Below are positions 36,926 to 46,462 of a stretch of 64,000 bases of DNA, piece by piece (positions within the stretch are counted from its first letter, which is position 1; each line of letters begins with the position of its first letter). This stretch comes from Candidatus Gottesmanbacteria bacterium. GTDB taxonomy: Bacteria; Patescibacteriota; Microgenomatia; UBA10105; UBA927. The notes under the pieces are model-generated. The model had not been told where the DNA came from. It saw nothing but the letters and a program-made list of their open reading frames with translations, and searched no databases. A program made the position numbers and the translations under genes. The DNA lies in contig JAHFKK010000001.1 of NCBI GenBank assembly GCA_023245335.1, forward strand, positions 363,282 through 427,281, written 5' to 3'.

Positions 36926-38803
36926 ATGCAATCAGATGACGTCAGAAATAAATTTATACAATATTATAAAGCCCGTAAGCATGTCGCGATTCCTTCGGCC
37001 TCCCTGGTTCCGGAAAACGACCCGACGACGCTTTTTACTTCCTCGGGGATGCAGCCTCTTATCCCGTACCTTCTAGGCCAGACGCACCCGTCCGGGAAAC
37101 GGTTGGTCGACAGCCAGAAGTCATTCCGTTCGCAGGATATAGATGAAGTAGGTGATAACCGGCATACGACGTTTTTCGAAATGCTGGGCAACTGGTCGCT
37201 CGGCGATTATTTCAAAAAAGAACAATTACCCTGGATATTTGAGTTTCTTACGAAAGAGTTGAAGCTCGATCCCAAGCGTCTCTACGTATCTGTTTTTGAA
37301 GGAGAAGGGGCTGTTCCCAAAGATGAGGAGTCGATACATATATGGAAAAAAATATTCAAAGAAGTCGGAATTGATGCGAAAGAAGGCCTGTCCTTAAATG
37401 AGGGCGGTCGGATATTCGCATATCCTGCCAAAAAGAACTGGTGGAGTAGATCCGGCGAACCGAAAAACATGCCGCCGGGGGAGCCTGGCGGACCTGACAG
37501 TGAAGTATTTTTTGATTTCGGAGCCAAGGGACTTCATGAAAAATCACCGTGGAAAAACGAACCATGCCACCCCAACTGCGACTGCGGCAGATTTATGGAG
37601 ATTGCCAATTCCGTGTTTATGCAATACCAAAAGATGCCGGACGGGAATCTCAAAGAATTGGCGCAGAAAAATGTGGATTTCGGCGGAGGACTCGAGCGGA
37701 TGACTGCTGCGGCAAACGACAATCCCGATGTGTTCATGTCCGATCTCTTTTCCCCGCTTATCCAGGTACTCGAAGAGGCATCCGGTCGTGTATATGGGGA
37801 GGAGCCGGTACCGACGCGCGTCATGCGCGTCCTTTCCGATCATATAAAAGCCGCAATCATGATGATGGTCGATGGAGTCCTGCCGTCCAATAAAGGACAG
37901 GGATATATCCTCCGCAGGCTTATCCGGAGGTCGCTTCTCTATGGATGGAAGCTGGGACTCATCAAGGATCTCACCTATATCGGCAGGCTCGCTTCACCGG
38001 TAGCGAAAATATACGCCGGAAGCTATCCGGAAGTGACGGAAAAAATTGATGAAATCCGGTTACTCCTCCAGGAGGAGGCGCTCCGGTTTGGCAAGACGCT
38101 CGAGCGGGGCCTTGCCGAAATAGAAAAGTTTCCGGCGTTAAACGGCAAGATCGCTTTCAACCTCTATGAAACGTTCGGATTCCCATGGGAAATGACCGTT
38201 GAGATCGCCTCGGAAAAAGGGCAGACCGTCGACCGTGCACAGTTTGAGGAAGAATTTAACAAACATAAAACGCTTTCGAGAACAGCCGCTGCCGGCATGT
38301 TTAAAGGCGGACTTGCGGATCACGGGGAAGAAACGACCAAGCTGCATACCGCACACCACCTGTTACTCGCGAGTCTGCAGAAGCTCGTCGACCCGAGCAT
38401 CAAACAACGCGGAAGTAATATCACGGCCGAACGCTTACGCATAGACTTCAACTTCATGCGCAAGCTGACGCCCGAGGAACTCACAAAAGTCGAAGTGATG
38501 GTGAACGAAAAAATTAAGGAAAATCTTAAAGTCACGCGTATCGAGATGGCGCGGGGTGTCGCCGAGACCATGGGCGCGCAACGCGAATTCGGCCAGAAAT
38601 ATCCGGATCGGGTCGGCGTCTATTTCGTCAATCTCAAAGAAGGTGTGGATCCCGAACGGGCGACACCCGCGGACTATTTTTCCGCGGAATTTTGCGGCGG
38701 GCCGCACGTCAGCTTTACAGGAACATTAGGCCACTTTACAATACGGAAAGAGGAGTCTGCCGGTGCCGGTATCCGGCGAATTTACGGACTACTCTCAAAG
38801 TAA
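36926..38803 (+). CDS. alaS: Alanine--tRNA ligase, truncated form (catalytic plus tRNA-binding plus editing, no C-Ala domain)
   Basis: FTSSGMQPLIPYLLG, HTTFFEMLGNWSLGDYFK, and the editing-domain HxxxH/CGGPHV motifs. About 625 aa against about 870 aa for canonical AlaRS. Confidence 0.85.
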   Translation: MQSDDVRNKFIQYYKARKHVAIPSASLVPENDPTTLFTSSGMQPLIPYLLGQTHPSGKRLVDSQKSFRSQDIDEVGDNRHTTFFEMLGNWSLGDYFKKEQLPWIFEFLTKELKLDPKRLYVSVFEGEGAVPKDEESIHIWKKIFKEVGIDAKEGLSLNEGGRIFAYPAKKNWWSRSGEPKNMPPGEPGGPDSEVFFDFGAKGLHEKSPWKNEPCHPNCDCGRFMEIANSVFMQYQKMPDGNLKELAQKNVDFGGGLERMTAAANDNPDVFMSDLFSPLIQVLEEASGRVYGEEPVPTRVMRVLSDHIKAAIMMMVDGVLPSNKGQGYILRRLIRRSLLYGWKLGLIKDLTYIGRLASPVAKIYAGSYPEVTEKIDEIRLLLQEEALRFGKTLERGLAEIEKFPALNGKIAFNLYETFGFPWEMTVEIASEKGQTVDRAQFEEEFNKHKTLSRTAAAGMFKGGLADHGEETTKLHTAHHLLLASLQKLVDPSIKQRGSNITAERLRIDFNFMRKLTPEELTKVEVMVNEKIKENLKVTRIEMARGVAETMGAQREFGQKYPDRVGVYFVNLKEGVDPERATPADYFSAEFCGGPHVSFTGTLGHFTIRKEESAGAGIRRIYGLLSK

Positions 38804-38838
38804 AAAAGTTTTGTACACGAACTGCCCTCTAATCTGAC

Positions 38839-41268
38839 ATGAAGCTACCAAGCGCGCTTACCTCACTCATCAAAAAGAAGGAAGACGGAAAAGAATACTA
38901 CTTTTCCCTCTACATGGATGTCGATGCCGCAGCCGTTGCCGTGTGGAGCATGGATCCGGCCAAATTACCGACAATAGCCAGCTTCGCTCACGGCGTCGTA
39001 AAAGAGAATACCTGGGAAGCGCGGATACAGGTCATTGACCGGTTGTTGTCGGCCGCGGAAGACAAGGTAGGGGTAACAAAGGCGATCACCAAAACAGTTT
39101 TCGGCATGCCGGGCGCGTACCTCACTGCGGAAGGGAACATCGCTGATGAGATCCGGCCGCAGCTTAAAAAACTTGCACAGGTATTGGAACTTAAACCTGT
39201 GGGATTCGTTCCGTTGTCCCAAGCGCTTGCGTTTTCTCTCAAAAACGACGAAGGCGTACCGCCGAGCATCATCCTCATCGGGTGTTCCCAGAAAAATGCG
39301 CTCATCACCCTTTTTCGGGTCGGGAAACTTACCAGCCAGGATACGGTCGATCTCGCGGATGATCCGGCGGCTGTCGTGGAAGCGATCCTGAAAAAGAATC
39401 AGGATGGCGATGTGTTGCCTTCCCGGATGCTTCTGTACGGCGGGGATACCGTGAGACTCGAGGATGTACGGACGAAATTATTGAAACACCCCTGGCCCAC
39501 GCGGACAAACTTTCTCCACTTCCCGAAAATAGAGATCGTATCCGTAGAGTCGCTTCTCCACGCGGTTTCCCTGGCCGGGGCCGCGGAACTTGCTTCTGAC
39601 ATCGGGGAGCCGATTGAAGCCGCAGGAACGGTAGCGACGGTCGTTGCGCAACCGCGCCCGTCCATACTTCCCTCAGAGCCGGTCATTACACCTGCCGACA
39701 CGACTTCGGAAAAGGAAGAAGTGGAAGAAGAAGCGGTTGATGAGCGCGAAGAATCGGGTATCGCCAGTGCAGGTGAGGAAGAGGGAGAACCCGGTTCGTT
39801 GGAATCGGAAGCAGAAACAGTGGGTGATGCTATCGAAAAAGAAGAATCATCCGATGAAGAAGTCTCAAATGTAGAACTCGTGACACCCGAGTCTCTGGGA
39901 TTCCGGAAAGAAGACATACTGGAAAAAACTCCGGCTTCACATATGCCGCGGCCGGTCGTCGCGAAACCTATTAATCGTGAAGAGCTGGAAGAGGACGTAT
40001 TTGAGGAAGAAGACGAAGAAGAAGTGGAAGATACAAACGCAAAAAAGCCATTCAAATTGCCATTTAGCATTCCTACCGTCCGGGCGGATATGTTTGCTCC
40101 GGTCACACGCTTCCTGTCGCACCTTCGGTTTCCCAAAATGAAAAATACCATGTATATTTTCGGTGCTGTGGGTGTGGTACTTCTCTTGGGGGTCCTCTTT
40201 TATTTCGTCCCACGGGTCACGGTAACCGTTCTCGTATCGCCGCAGTCGGTGGACCAGTCGACGACGCTGACGGTCAATCCGACCGCAACTGTCGCAGACC
40301 CCGCGAGTAAAATCATACCGGGACACACGCAAAGCAAATCCATAAGCGGCGATAAAACAATTGCAGTGACCGGCAAGAAAAACGTCGGCGATCCGTCCAA
40401 GGGAACCGTGACTATCTATAATAAAGTCACGAATAGTAAGACGCTCCCTAAGGGAACGGTGCTTACGGGAAACAGTCTGTCATTTACTCTCGACAGTGAT
40501 GTTTCCATCGCTTCAGCCAGTGAAGACATAGGTTCCATCACCTTCGGAAAAGCGACCGCAAACGTCACCGCCAAAGACATAGGACCCAACGGCAATCTGC
40601 CGGCCGGCGTAGAATTCGTATTTACCGGTGTGAGTGGTTCGCAGGCATCAGCCCGGAACGATGCGGCATTTACCGGCGGCAACAGCAAATCAGTGACGGT
40701 CATTTCGCGCGCCGACCAGGACGGACTCGTGAAAGCCCTGACGGATGATTTGGTGGGGCAGGCGAAATCGCAGTTAGCCGCAAGTGCGACAGGCGGGGAG
40801 CATCTCATAGATGAAACGGTAAAAACTGCAGTGTCCGATAAGTCATTTGATCAGGAGATAGATCAGCAGGCGAGCCAGCTGCACGGCAAAATCACGATAA
40901 CGGTAAGCGGGATAAGCATAAGCGATGAAGACGTAAAAGCGATCCTTACGTCTCTGGTAGAAGGGAAAGTACCGGCAGGCTATGCCCTGGCGCCGGATCA
41001 AACCAATGTGTCGGTTTCCAACGTGACGGTCAAAAAAGACGGCTCCATAACGCTGACTGCGAAACTCACGGCGATCGCACTTCCGAAAGTCGACACCGAG
41101 GCACTTAAAACGACCCTCGCAGGAAAGGACGTCACCGCAGCGCTTACCATCCTCAAACAAACGACCGGGGTAGCAGGGGCAGAGTATAAGTTTGCGTTTT
41201 CGCCCGTGCAAAGCCGGTTGCCCATGAACCGCAACAATATCACCATTACCACAGCAGTCCAGCGATAG
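38839..41268 (+). CDS. Bitopic membrane protein: actin-like (FtsA/PilM-like) cytoplasmic N-domain, acidic linker, one TM, large beta-rich extracellular domain
   Basis: N-terminal 260 aa look like a degenerate FtsA/PilM ASKHA fold (YYFSLYMDVDAAAVAVWSMD; IILIGCSQKNALITLFRVGKL; MLLYGGDTVRLEDV). Glu-rich linker. TM helix IFGAVGVVLLLGVLFYFV. About 390 aa Thr/Val/Ser-rich ectodomain. Confidence 0.45.
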   Translation: MKLPSALTSLIKKKEDGKEYYFSLYMDVDAAAVAVWSMDPAKLPTIASFAHGVVKENTWEARIQVIDRLLSAAEDKVGVTKAITKTVFGMPGAYLTAEGNIADEIRPQLKKLAQVLELKPVGFVPLSQALAFSLKNDEGVPPSIILIGCSQKNALITLFRVGKLTSQDTVDLADDPAAVVEAILKKNQDGDVLPSRMLLYGGDTVRLEDVRTKLLKHPWPTRTNFLHFPKIEIVSVESLLHAVSLAGAAELASDIGEPIEAAGTVATVVAQPRPSILPSEPVITPADTTSEKEEVEEEAVDEREESGIASAGEEEGEPGSLESEAETVGDAIEKEESSDEEVSNVELVTPESLGFRKEDILEKTPASHMPRPVVAKPINREELEEDVFEEEDEEEVEDTNAKKPFKLPFSIPTVRADMFAPVTRFLSHLRFPKMKNTMYIFGAVGVVLLLGVLFYFVPRVTVTVLVSPQSVDQSTTLTVNPTATVADPASKIIPGHTQSKSISGDKTIAVTGKKNVGDPSKGTVTIYNKVTNSKTLPKGTVLTGNSLSFTLDSDVSIASASEDIGSITFGKATANVTAKDIGPNGNLPAGVEFVFTGVSGSQASARNDAAFTGGNSKSVTVISRADQDGLVKALTDDLVGQAKSQLAASATGGEHLIDETVKTAVSDKSFDQEIDQQASQLHGKITITVSGISISDEDVKAILTSLVEGKVPAGYALAPDQTNVSVSNVTVKKDGSITLTAKLTAIALPKVDTEALKTTLAGKDVTAALTILKQTTGVAGAEYKFAFSPVQSRLPMNRNNITITTAVQR

Positions 41269-41287
41269 CTCACCAGTATATTGTTCA

Positions 41288-41502
41288 GCGCATAATTTGT
41301 GTGCGCACGCCAAGCGTTGGTAATCCACGGGTGACGGTCGCGAGAGCATCCTGCGATGAGTCCGCACTTCGGAGTGAGACGTAGCAGCATGGAGAAATAG
41401 TTATTATTTCACGAACGAATTGAGGCGAATCGCGGGACACGCGACCGGCAGGCCCCGCAATCTCGTTTCCTTCGCGTGGCGTGTCTTACACAAATTACGC
41501 GC
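41288..41502. ncRNA. Candidate structured RNA (6S-like?) or MITE-like element bounded by a 27 bp interrupted inverted repeat
   Basis: GCGCATAATTTGTGTG at 41288..41303 pairs with TACACAAATTACGCGC at 41487..41502 (15 of 16 pairs). The stem extends through CGCACGCCAAGCG at 41304..41316 pairing with CGCGTGGCGTG at 41474..41484. The interior has the CACU-UCGG-AGUG hairpin. No convincing ORF. Lies in the 288 nt gap before the sortase gene. Confidence 0.3.
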
Positions 41503-41550
41503 CTCACTACATATATAAGGTGATATGATGGTCTATACTCAATTGAACCT

Positions 41551-42255
41551 ATGGTGATGTACCGTTACGTCAAAGCAGTACGAAAAAAGCCCATCTCCAG
41601 GCCGGTTGTCATATCCTATGTGCTCATGCTGATGGGACTTGGCGTCATCACATGGACGATTTGGCCGATCGTATCGTTTTTCGCTTTTGATCAGATCATG
41701 TATGCCCAGACCGTGAGTCCGGTCGAAAACAGCAGTGTCCGTCCGGCGGCGCCGCTTGCGTATGCGGAAGCAGGAGGAGCCACGACCGATCCCAATACGT
41801 GGTTCCCGACCCAACCGCAGAAAAAAGTCGTGGCCCCCGTCACGAGTTATTCGCTTTCTATCCCGTCACTTGGCATACAGAGTGCAACGGTTACTATTGC
41901 CGGGGATGACCTCGGCAAAAGCCTCATCCATTACGGAGGAACGGGACTTCCGGGTGAGTACGGCAATACCGTCATTTTCGGGCACTCCACGCTGCCGCAG
42001 CTTTTCCGCGGGACCAAAGACTATCATGCGGTATTTGCGACCTTGCCGACCATAAAAAACGGGACCGATATCCTCATTACCTATGACGGGGTGAAGTATC
42101 GGTACATCGTATATGATAAAGTTGTTGTAGAGCCCACAGATCTCACACCGCTTGAGCAGCAGTTCGATGATTCATATCTCACGCTCGTGACCTGTGTGCC
42201 GCCCGGAACATTTCTGTATCGGCTAAACGTCAAAGCGCGGTTAGAAAGGATTTAA
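41551..42255 (+). CDS. Sortase (class E/B-like transpeptidase)
   Basis: N-terminal TM, the His motif GNTVIFGHST, the catalytic Cys motif LTLVTC, and a downstream Arg (VKARLERI). Confidence 0.85.
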   Translation: MVMYRYVKAVRKKPISRPVVISYVLMLMGLGVITWTIWPIVSFFAFDQIMYAQTVSPVENSSVRPAAPLAYAEAGGATTDPNTWFPTQPQKKVVAPVTSYSLSIPSLGIQSATVTIAGDDLGKSLIHYGGTGLPGEYGNTVIFGHSTLPQLFRGTKDYHAVFATLPTIKNGTDILITYDGVKYRYIVYDKVVVEPTDLTPLEQQFDDSYLTLVTCVPPGTFLYRLNVKARLERI

Positions 42256-42259
42256 TCAT

Positions 42260-43519
42260 ATGACTCAAAAAGGTGAACAGAAGGCAATAGATGCCATCAA
42301 AAAAAAGTTAGTCGGTAAAAAGCTGAGCTACAATGAAATTTTTTCCATCATGGACGAAATATCCAATAAGGATCTTTCTCCCGTCCTCACTACATATTTT
42401 GCCGCGGCAGGATTTAAGGAAGGATTCTCCGATGAAGAGCTGTACTTTTTGACCAAAGCGATGATCAATACCGGACCCAAGCTTAAGTTCCCTGGGGTGG
42501 TCGCGGACAAGCATTCGACCGGCGGTGTCGCCGGGACGCGTACGACGATGATCGTCGTCCCGATTATCGCCGCCGCAGGACTCACCATACCGAAGACTTC
42601 CTCGAGGGCGATCACGTCTCCGTCGGGAACGGCGGACACGATGGAAGTGGTAGCGCCGGTTGATCTTTCTCTTGAGAAGATTACGCATATCGTCAAAAAA
42701 GTCGGCGGTTGTATCGTCTGGGGCGGACATGTGGGGTTGGCACCCGCGGATGATATCCTCATCCAGGTCGAACGCCCGTTAGGATTCGAATCGTACGACA
42801 AAATTATCGTTTCCGTGATGGCCAAAAAAGTAGCATCGGGCGCGAATCATATCATCATCGATATTCCCGTGGGGCCGACCATGAAGATTCAGCATTTCAA
42901 AGACGCGGAACTCATCGCCAAGAAGTTCGCGCTCTTGGCCAAAAAATTTGGCGTCAAAATGATTTTTGACATAAACGAAACACGCCAAAACGCCGGCCGC
43001 GGTATCGGACCGGTCCTCGAAGCGCGTGACGTATTTGAAGTTTTGGAGCAGGCGCCGGAGCGCCCTCTTGCACTTGAGGCAAAGGCGCTGAGGCTCGCCG
43101 GCAAATTACTGACGCTTTGTTACGCGGACATACCGGGTAAAAAGTCTTTGGACGGCGAAGAAACCGCGCGGGAGATGCTGTCTTCCGGGAAAGCGCTCAA
43201 AAAAATGAAGGAAATCATCAAAGCCCAGGGCGGGAATCCCAACGTGGTGAGTAGTAAACTCGTCCCAGGTAATCACAAATATGAACTCAAATCACCGCGT
43301 CACGGGATAGTCTCTGCCATAGATAATCAGCAGATTACCGTCATATGCAGGATTCTCGGGAACCCCACGGACAAAAAGGCCGGTATGTATCTCAACCGAA
43401 AACTTGAAGAGACGGTGGATACGGGTGATATACTAGGGACGTTTTATAGTTCGGATGCGTGGCGCCTGAAGGAAGCCGCGGAAACGTTGAAAACTATGCC
43501 GATATTTCATGTAGAATAG
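42260..43519 (+). CDS. deoA: DeoA-family nucleoside phosphorylase (thymidine/pyrimidine-nucleoside or AMP phosphorylase)
   Basis: The phosphate-binding signature appears as VADKHSTGGVAG, and the glycosyltransferase family 3 fold is present along the length. Confidence 0.8.
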   Translation: MTQKGEQKAIDAIKKKLVGKKLSYNEIFSIMDEISNKDLSPVLTTYFAAAGFKEGFSDEELYFLTKAMINTGPKLKFPGVVADKHSTGGVAGTRTTMIVVPIIAAAGLTIPKTSSRAITSPSGTADTMEVVAPVDLSLEKITHIVKKVGGCIVWGGHVGLAPADDILIQVERPLGFESYDKIIVSVMAKKVASGANHIIIDIPVGPTMKIQHFKDAELIAKKFALLAKKFGVKMIFDINETRQNAGRGIGPVLEARDVFEVLEQAPERPLALEAKALRLAGKLLTLCYADIPGKKSLDGEETAREMLSSGKALKKMKEIIKAQGGNPNVVSSKLVPGNHKYELKSPRHGIVSAIDNQQITVICRILGNPTDKKAGMYLNRKLEETVDTGDILGTFYSSDAWRLKEAAETLKTMPIFHVE

Positions 43520-43532
43520 AACGGTAACAGAT

Positions 43533-43724
43533 ATGCTCAAAAATATTTTAGGTCCGGTTCAAGCGTGGCTACTTGCCCAGGGCAAATGCGTGGGTTGCGG
43601 CAAGATTCTTCCTGTCAAAGAAGGCAAAGGTATGCAGCGCGTCGATTGCGCATGCGGCAGAATTTATATGTATGATCCGGCTGCACACAAATACCGGAGG
43701 GCGCTTCTCGATGAAATCAAATAG
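43533..43724 (+). CDS. Small zinc-ribbon protein
   Basis: 63 aa with CVGCG...CAC, a four-Cys ribbon. Overlaps the mltG start by 14 nt. Confidence 0.4.
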   Translation: MLKNILGPVQAWLLAQGKCVGCGKILPVKEGKGMQRVDCACGRIYMYDPAAHKYRRALLDEIK

Positions 43725-44700
43725 TACCAACATATTCTTCTCTCGGGTCATCGTATTTCTTCTGGTGATAGCGGTCGGCATCGTGGTTTTCTTTGGCTGG
43801 TGGGGGACAAGCACACAGGCCGTCGACCCTATGGATCCCGCGCCGATATCGTTTACCGTGCATCCCGGGGATGGAGTGCGGGTGATCGCGGCTAACCTCG
43901 CGACCTATCGGCTCATCCGGAGCCCCACGGCATTTTTTGTTCTCGTCAAAGTCATGGGGATAGAGAAAAACCTGCAGGCGGGAGATTTCCGGCTCAACAA
44001 AACGATGGACAGTAAGACCGTCGCTCAGCAATTGACGCACGGATTTGAGGATATCTGGGTGACGGTACTGGAGGGCTGGCGCAATGAGGAAATTGCCGTC
44101 GTCCTTGCCAAAAATCTGGATATCCCCGAAAGCGAGTTTCTGAAAGTTTCCCATGAGGGGTACATGTTTCCGGACACGTATCGTATCCCGCACGACGCTT
44201 CGGCCGGAGCAGTCGTTAATATGTTCCGGACAACATTTGATGCAAAAGTGACGGATGCCATGAAGGCCTCGGCAGTGAAACACGGACTGACGGTCGATCA
44301 GATGGTGACACTCGCGTCCCTGGTTGAGCGCGAAGGGCATAATGATCAGGATCGCCCGGTCATAGCGGGCATACTCCTCAAGCGTCTGAAAGCCAATTGG
44401 CCGCTTCAGGTCGACGCCACGCTTCAGTTCTCGTTGGGATATCAGTCAAGTGATAAGAGCTGGTGGAAAAAAGAACTTACTGATGATGACCGGAAAATTG
44501 CATCGCCGTACAATACATACCTCAATCCCGGACTGCCGCCGGGCCCCATCTGTAACCCCGGCCTTTCATCTCTTAATGCCGTCGCAAACCCCAAGGATTC
44601 CGACTACTGGTATTATCTGCATGATACGTCGGGAGCTATCCATTACGCGAAGACCATCGAGGAACATAATGCGAATATCGCGAAATTTCTCCGCGGGTAA
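43711..44700 (+). CDS. mltG: Endolytic murein transglycosylase MltG (YceG family)
   Basis: N-terminal TM followed by a YceG domain with C-terminal YYLHDTSGAIHYAKTIEEHNANI. Start set at the internal Met MKSNST. Confidence 0.85.
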   Translation: MKSNSTNIFFSRVIVFLLVIAVGIVVFFGWWGTSTQAVDPMDPAPISFTVHPGDGVRVIAANLATYRLIRSPTAFFVLVKVMGIEKNLQAGDFRLNKTMDSKTVAQQLTHGFEDIWVTVLEGWRNEEIAVVLAKNLDIPESEFLKVSHEGYMFPDTYRIPHDASAGAVVNMFRTTFDAKVTDAMKASAVKHGLTVDQMVTLASLVEREGHNDQDRPVIAGILLKRLKANWPLQVDATLQFSLGYQSSDKSWWKKELTDDDRKIASPYNTYLNPGLPPGPICNPGLSSLNAVANPKDSDYWYYLHDTSGAIHYAKTIEEHNANIAKFLRG

Positions 44701-46395
44701 ATGAACAAAATCATCGGCAGTATCATCGGAGCATTGTTGCTCTTCGTCACTCCTCTGGCATTTGCTCAGGGGAGCGCTGACGTTGCCGCCGAACACATCC
44801 AGTCGTATGCCGTGAATGCGGCGGTCCATACCGACGGAACAGCGCGGGTATCGGAACGCCTCCTCTATCATTTCTCGTCTCCCCGGCACGGCATCATACG
44901 GACGATCCCGTATGTCAAAACAAATAGTAACGGCAAGAAGTATGCCATGACGATCGACAACATCACCGTCACGGATGAAAGTAATGCCGCATACCCCGTG
45001 ACCCAAAGCAGTGACGGCACGAACCTATCACTCAAAGTTGGGGATTCGGACAATACGCTCACGGGAGATCACTGGTATGTCATTTCTTATGACGTATCGG
45101 GCGGGATCACGTATTTTTCCGATCACGATGAATGGTACTGGAACGACATCGGTTCCGAGTGGTCTGTACCCGTCCTTTCAGCCGAGGCAATCACAGAACT
45201 TCCGAACGGCATCACCGATACGACCATCCAGAAATCCTGCTTTACCGGAGTACCGGGATCGACAGAAAGCTCCTGCACTATGACGGTTGCCAACGACGTC
45301 GTGACCGTAAAAGCGACCAGGGAACTCGCCGCGGGTGAGGGGCTGACGACTGTTATTGGTTTTCCGAAGAATATCGTTTCCGTCCTCGAGTCCAAGGAAG
45401 TCGTACCGTTTTTCTCGACAACAGCAGGAAAAATTGTCCTCGTTCTCATCGCGATTGCCGTATTTATCTGGTATATCGTCGCACCTATCATGGTCGTCTG
45501 GAAATGGTGGACGTCAGGGAGGGACCCCAAGCCCGCTATGGGAGAGGTGAAGGCATGGTTCAGTCCGCCAACGACTGCGGCAGGGCGAACGCTTACTCCT
45601 GCGGAAACCGGCGGCCTCATTGACGAACGTGTTGATATGCGCGATATCTATGGCACGATCATAGATCTTGCCCGCCGGGGGTATCTCAAGATTACCGAAA
45701 GTACGAAAGGAGACTTCACCCTCACGAAGATGAAAAAATGGAGTGCTTCGGAGTTGCAATCCTACGAAGTTACGCTTCTCACCGGTATTTTTTCCGGCGA
45801 AGACAGCGTGAAGCTCAAGGATCTGGACCTCCGGGAGACCATCCATACGGTGAGTAACGCATTGTATATCTCGATGGTTTCCGACGGATTCTTCCCGAAT
45901 AATCCCGAGAAGGTCCGGTTACTTTATATTGTCCTTGCGGTGTTTTCTGCCATTACGTTTAATCCCATACTTCTTTTGGTATCGCTGACGTTTGGCCTCC
46001 ATATGCCGAGGAAAACGATGCTGGGAGCGGGTCAGGCAGCGGTAGCCAGGTCCCTCAAAAATTTCCTGGTAAGCCAGGACAAGCAGCTTGCGTTCCAGGC
46101 CAAAAACCAGATGATGTTTGAGAAACTTCTGCCGTATGCGATCGCATTTGGTGTGGAAGTCATCTGGGCCAAACGATTCCGCGATATCGCGATCAAACGA
46201 CCGGATTGGTATGAATCTTCGACCGGAGGAAACTTCAATACATTACTCTTCGCACAGAGTCTCGGCCGCGGATACAGCACCTCATTTGCGACAGCCGCGA
46301 CATACAAATCCTCTTCCGGTTTCTCTTCCGGCTTTTCCGGAGGAGGAGGGTTCTCCGGCGGCGGGGGTGGTGGCGGAGGCGGCGGAAGCTGGTAG
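44701..46395 (+). CDS. DUF2207-family membrane protein with Gly-rich C-terminus
   Basis: Signal peptide, extracellular DUF2207-like region (YFSDHDEWYWNDIG), two TM segments and a terminal (G)n tail. Confidence 0.6.
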   Translation: MNKIIGSIIGALLLFVTPLAFAQGSADVAAEHIQSYAVNAAVHTDGTARVSERLLYHFSSPRHGIIRTIPYVKTNSNGKKYAMTIDNITVTDESNAAYPVTQSSDGTNLSLKVGDSDNTLTGDHWYVISYDVSGGITYFSDHDEWYWNDIGSEWSVPVLSAEAITELPNGITDTTIQKSCFTGVPGSTESSCTMTVANDVVTVKATRELAAGEGLTTVIGFPKNIVSVLESKEVVPFFSTTAGKIVLVLIAIAVFIWYIVAPIMVVWKWWTSGRDPKPAMGEVKAWFSPPTTAAGRTLTPAETGGLIDERVDMRDIYGTIIDLARRGYLKITESTKGDFTLTKMKKWSASELQSYEVTLLTGIFSGEDSVKLKDLDLRETIHTVSNALYISMVSDGFFPNNPEKVRLLYIVLAVFSAITFNPILLLVSLTFGLHMPRKTMLGAGQAAVARSLKNFLVSQDKQLAFQAKNQMMFEKLLPYAIAFGVEVIWAKRFRDIAIKRPDWYESSTGGNFNTLLFAQSLGRGYSTSFATAATYKSSSGFSSGFSGGGGFSGGGGGGGGGGSW

Positions 46396-46462
46396 ACTGA
46401 TTCTCCACTTACATTGACTTCTCCGAATGTAATGTATATCACTATAAGTGGAGGTATTTCCT

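Noticed and set aside
39399-40151. 250 aa minus-strand ORF inside the 809 aa membrane protein gene
   Set aside because: Antisense of the poly-Glu linker region gives a poly-Ser/Thr low-complexity ORF. Artefact.
41288-41502. Possible SRP (4.5S) RNA resemblance (GUCCG...CGGAG...AGCAGCA)
   Set aside because: The hairpin loop here is UUCG-like and not the GNRA tetraloop with symmetric internal loops of SRP helix 8. Sequence similarity to the SRP domain IV consensus is too weak. Kept only as a generic structured element.
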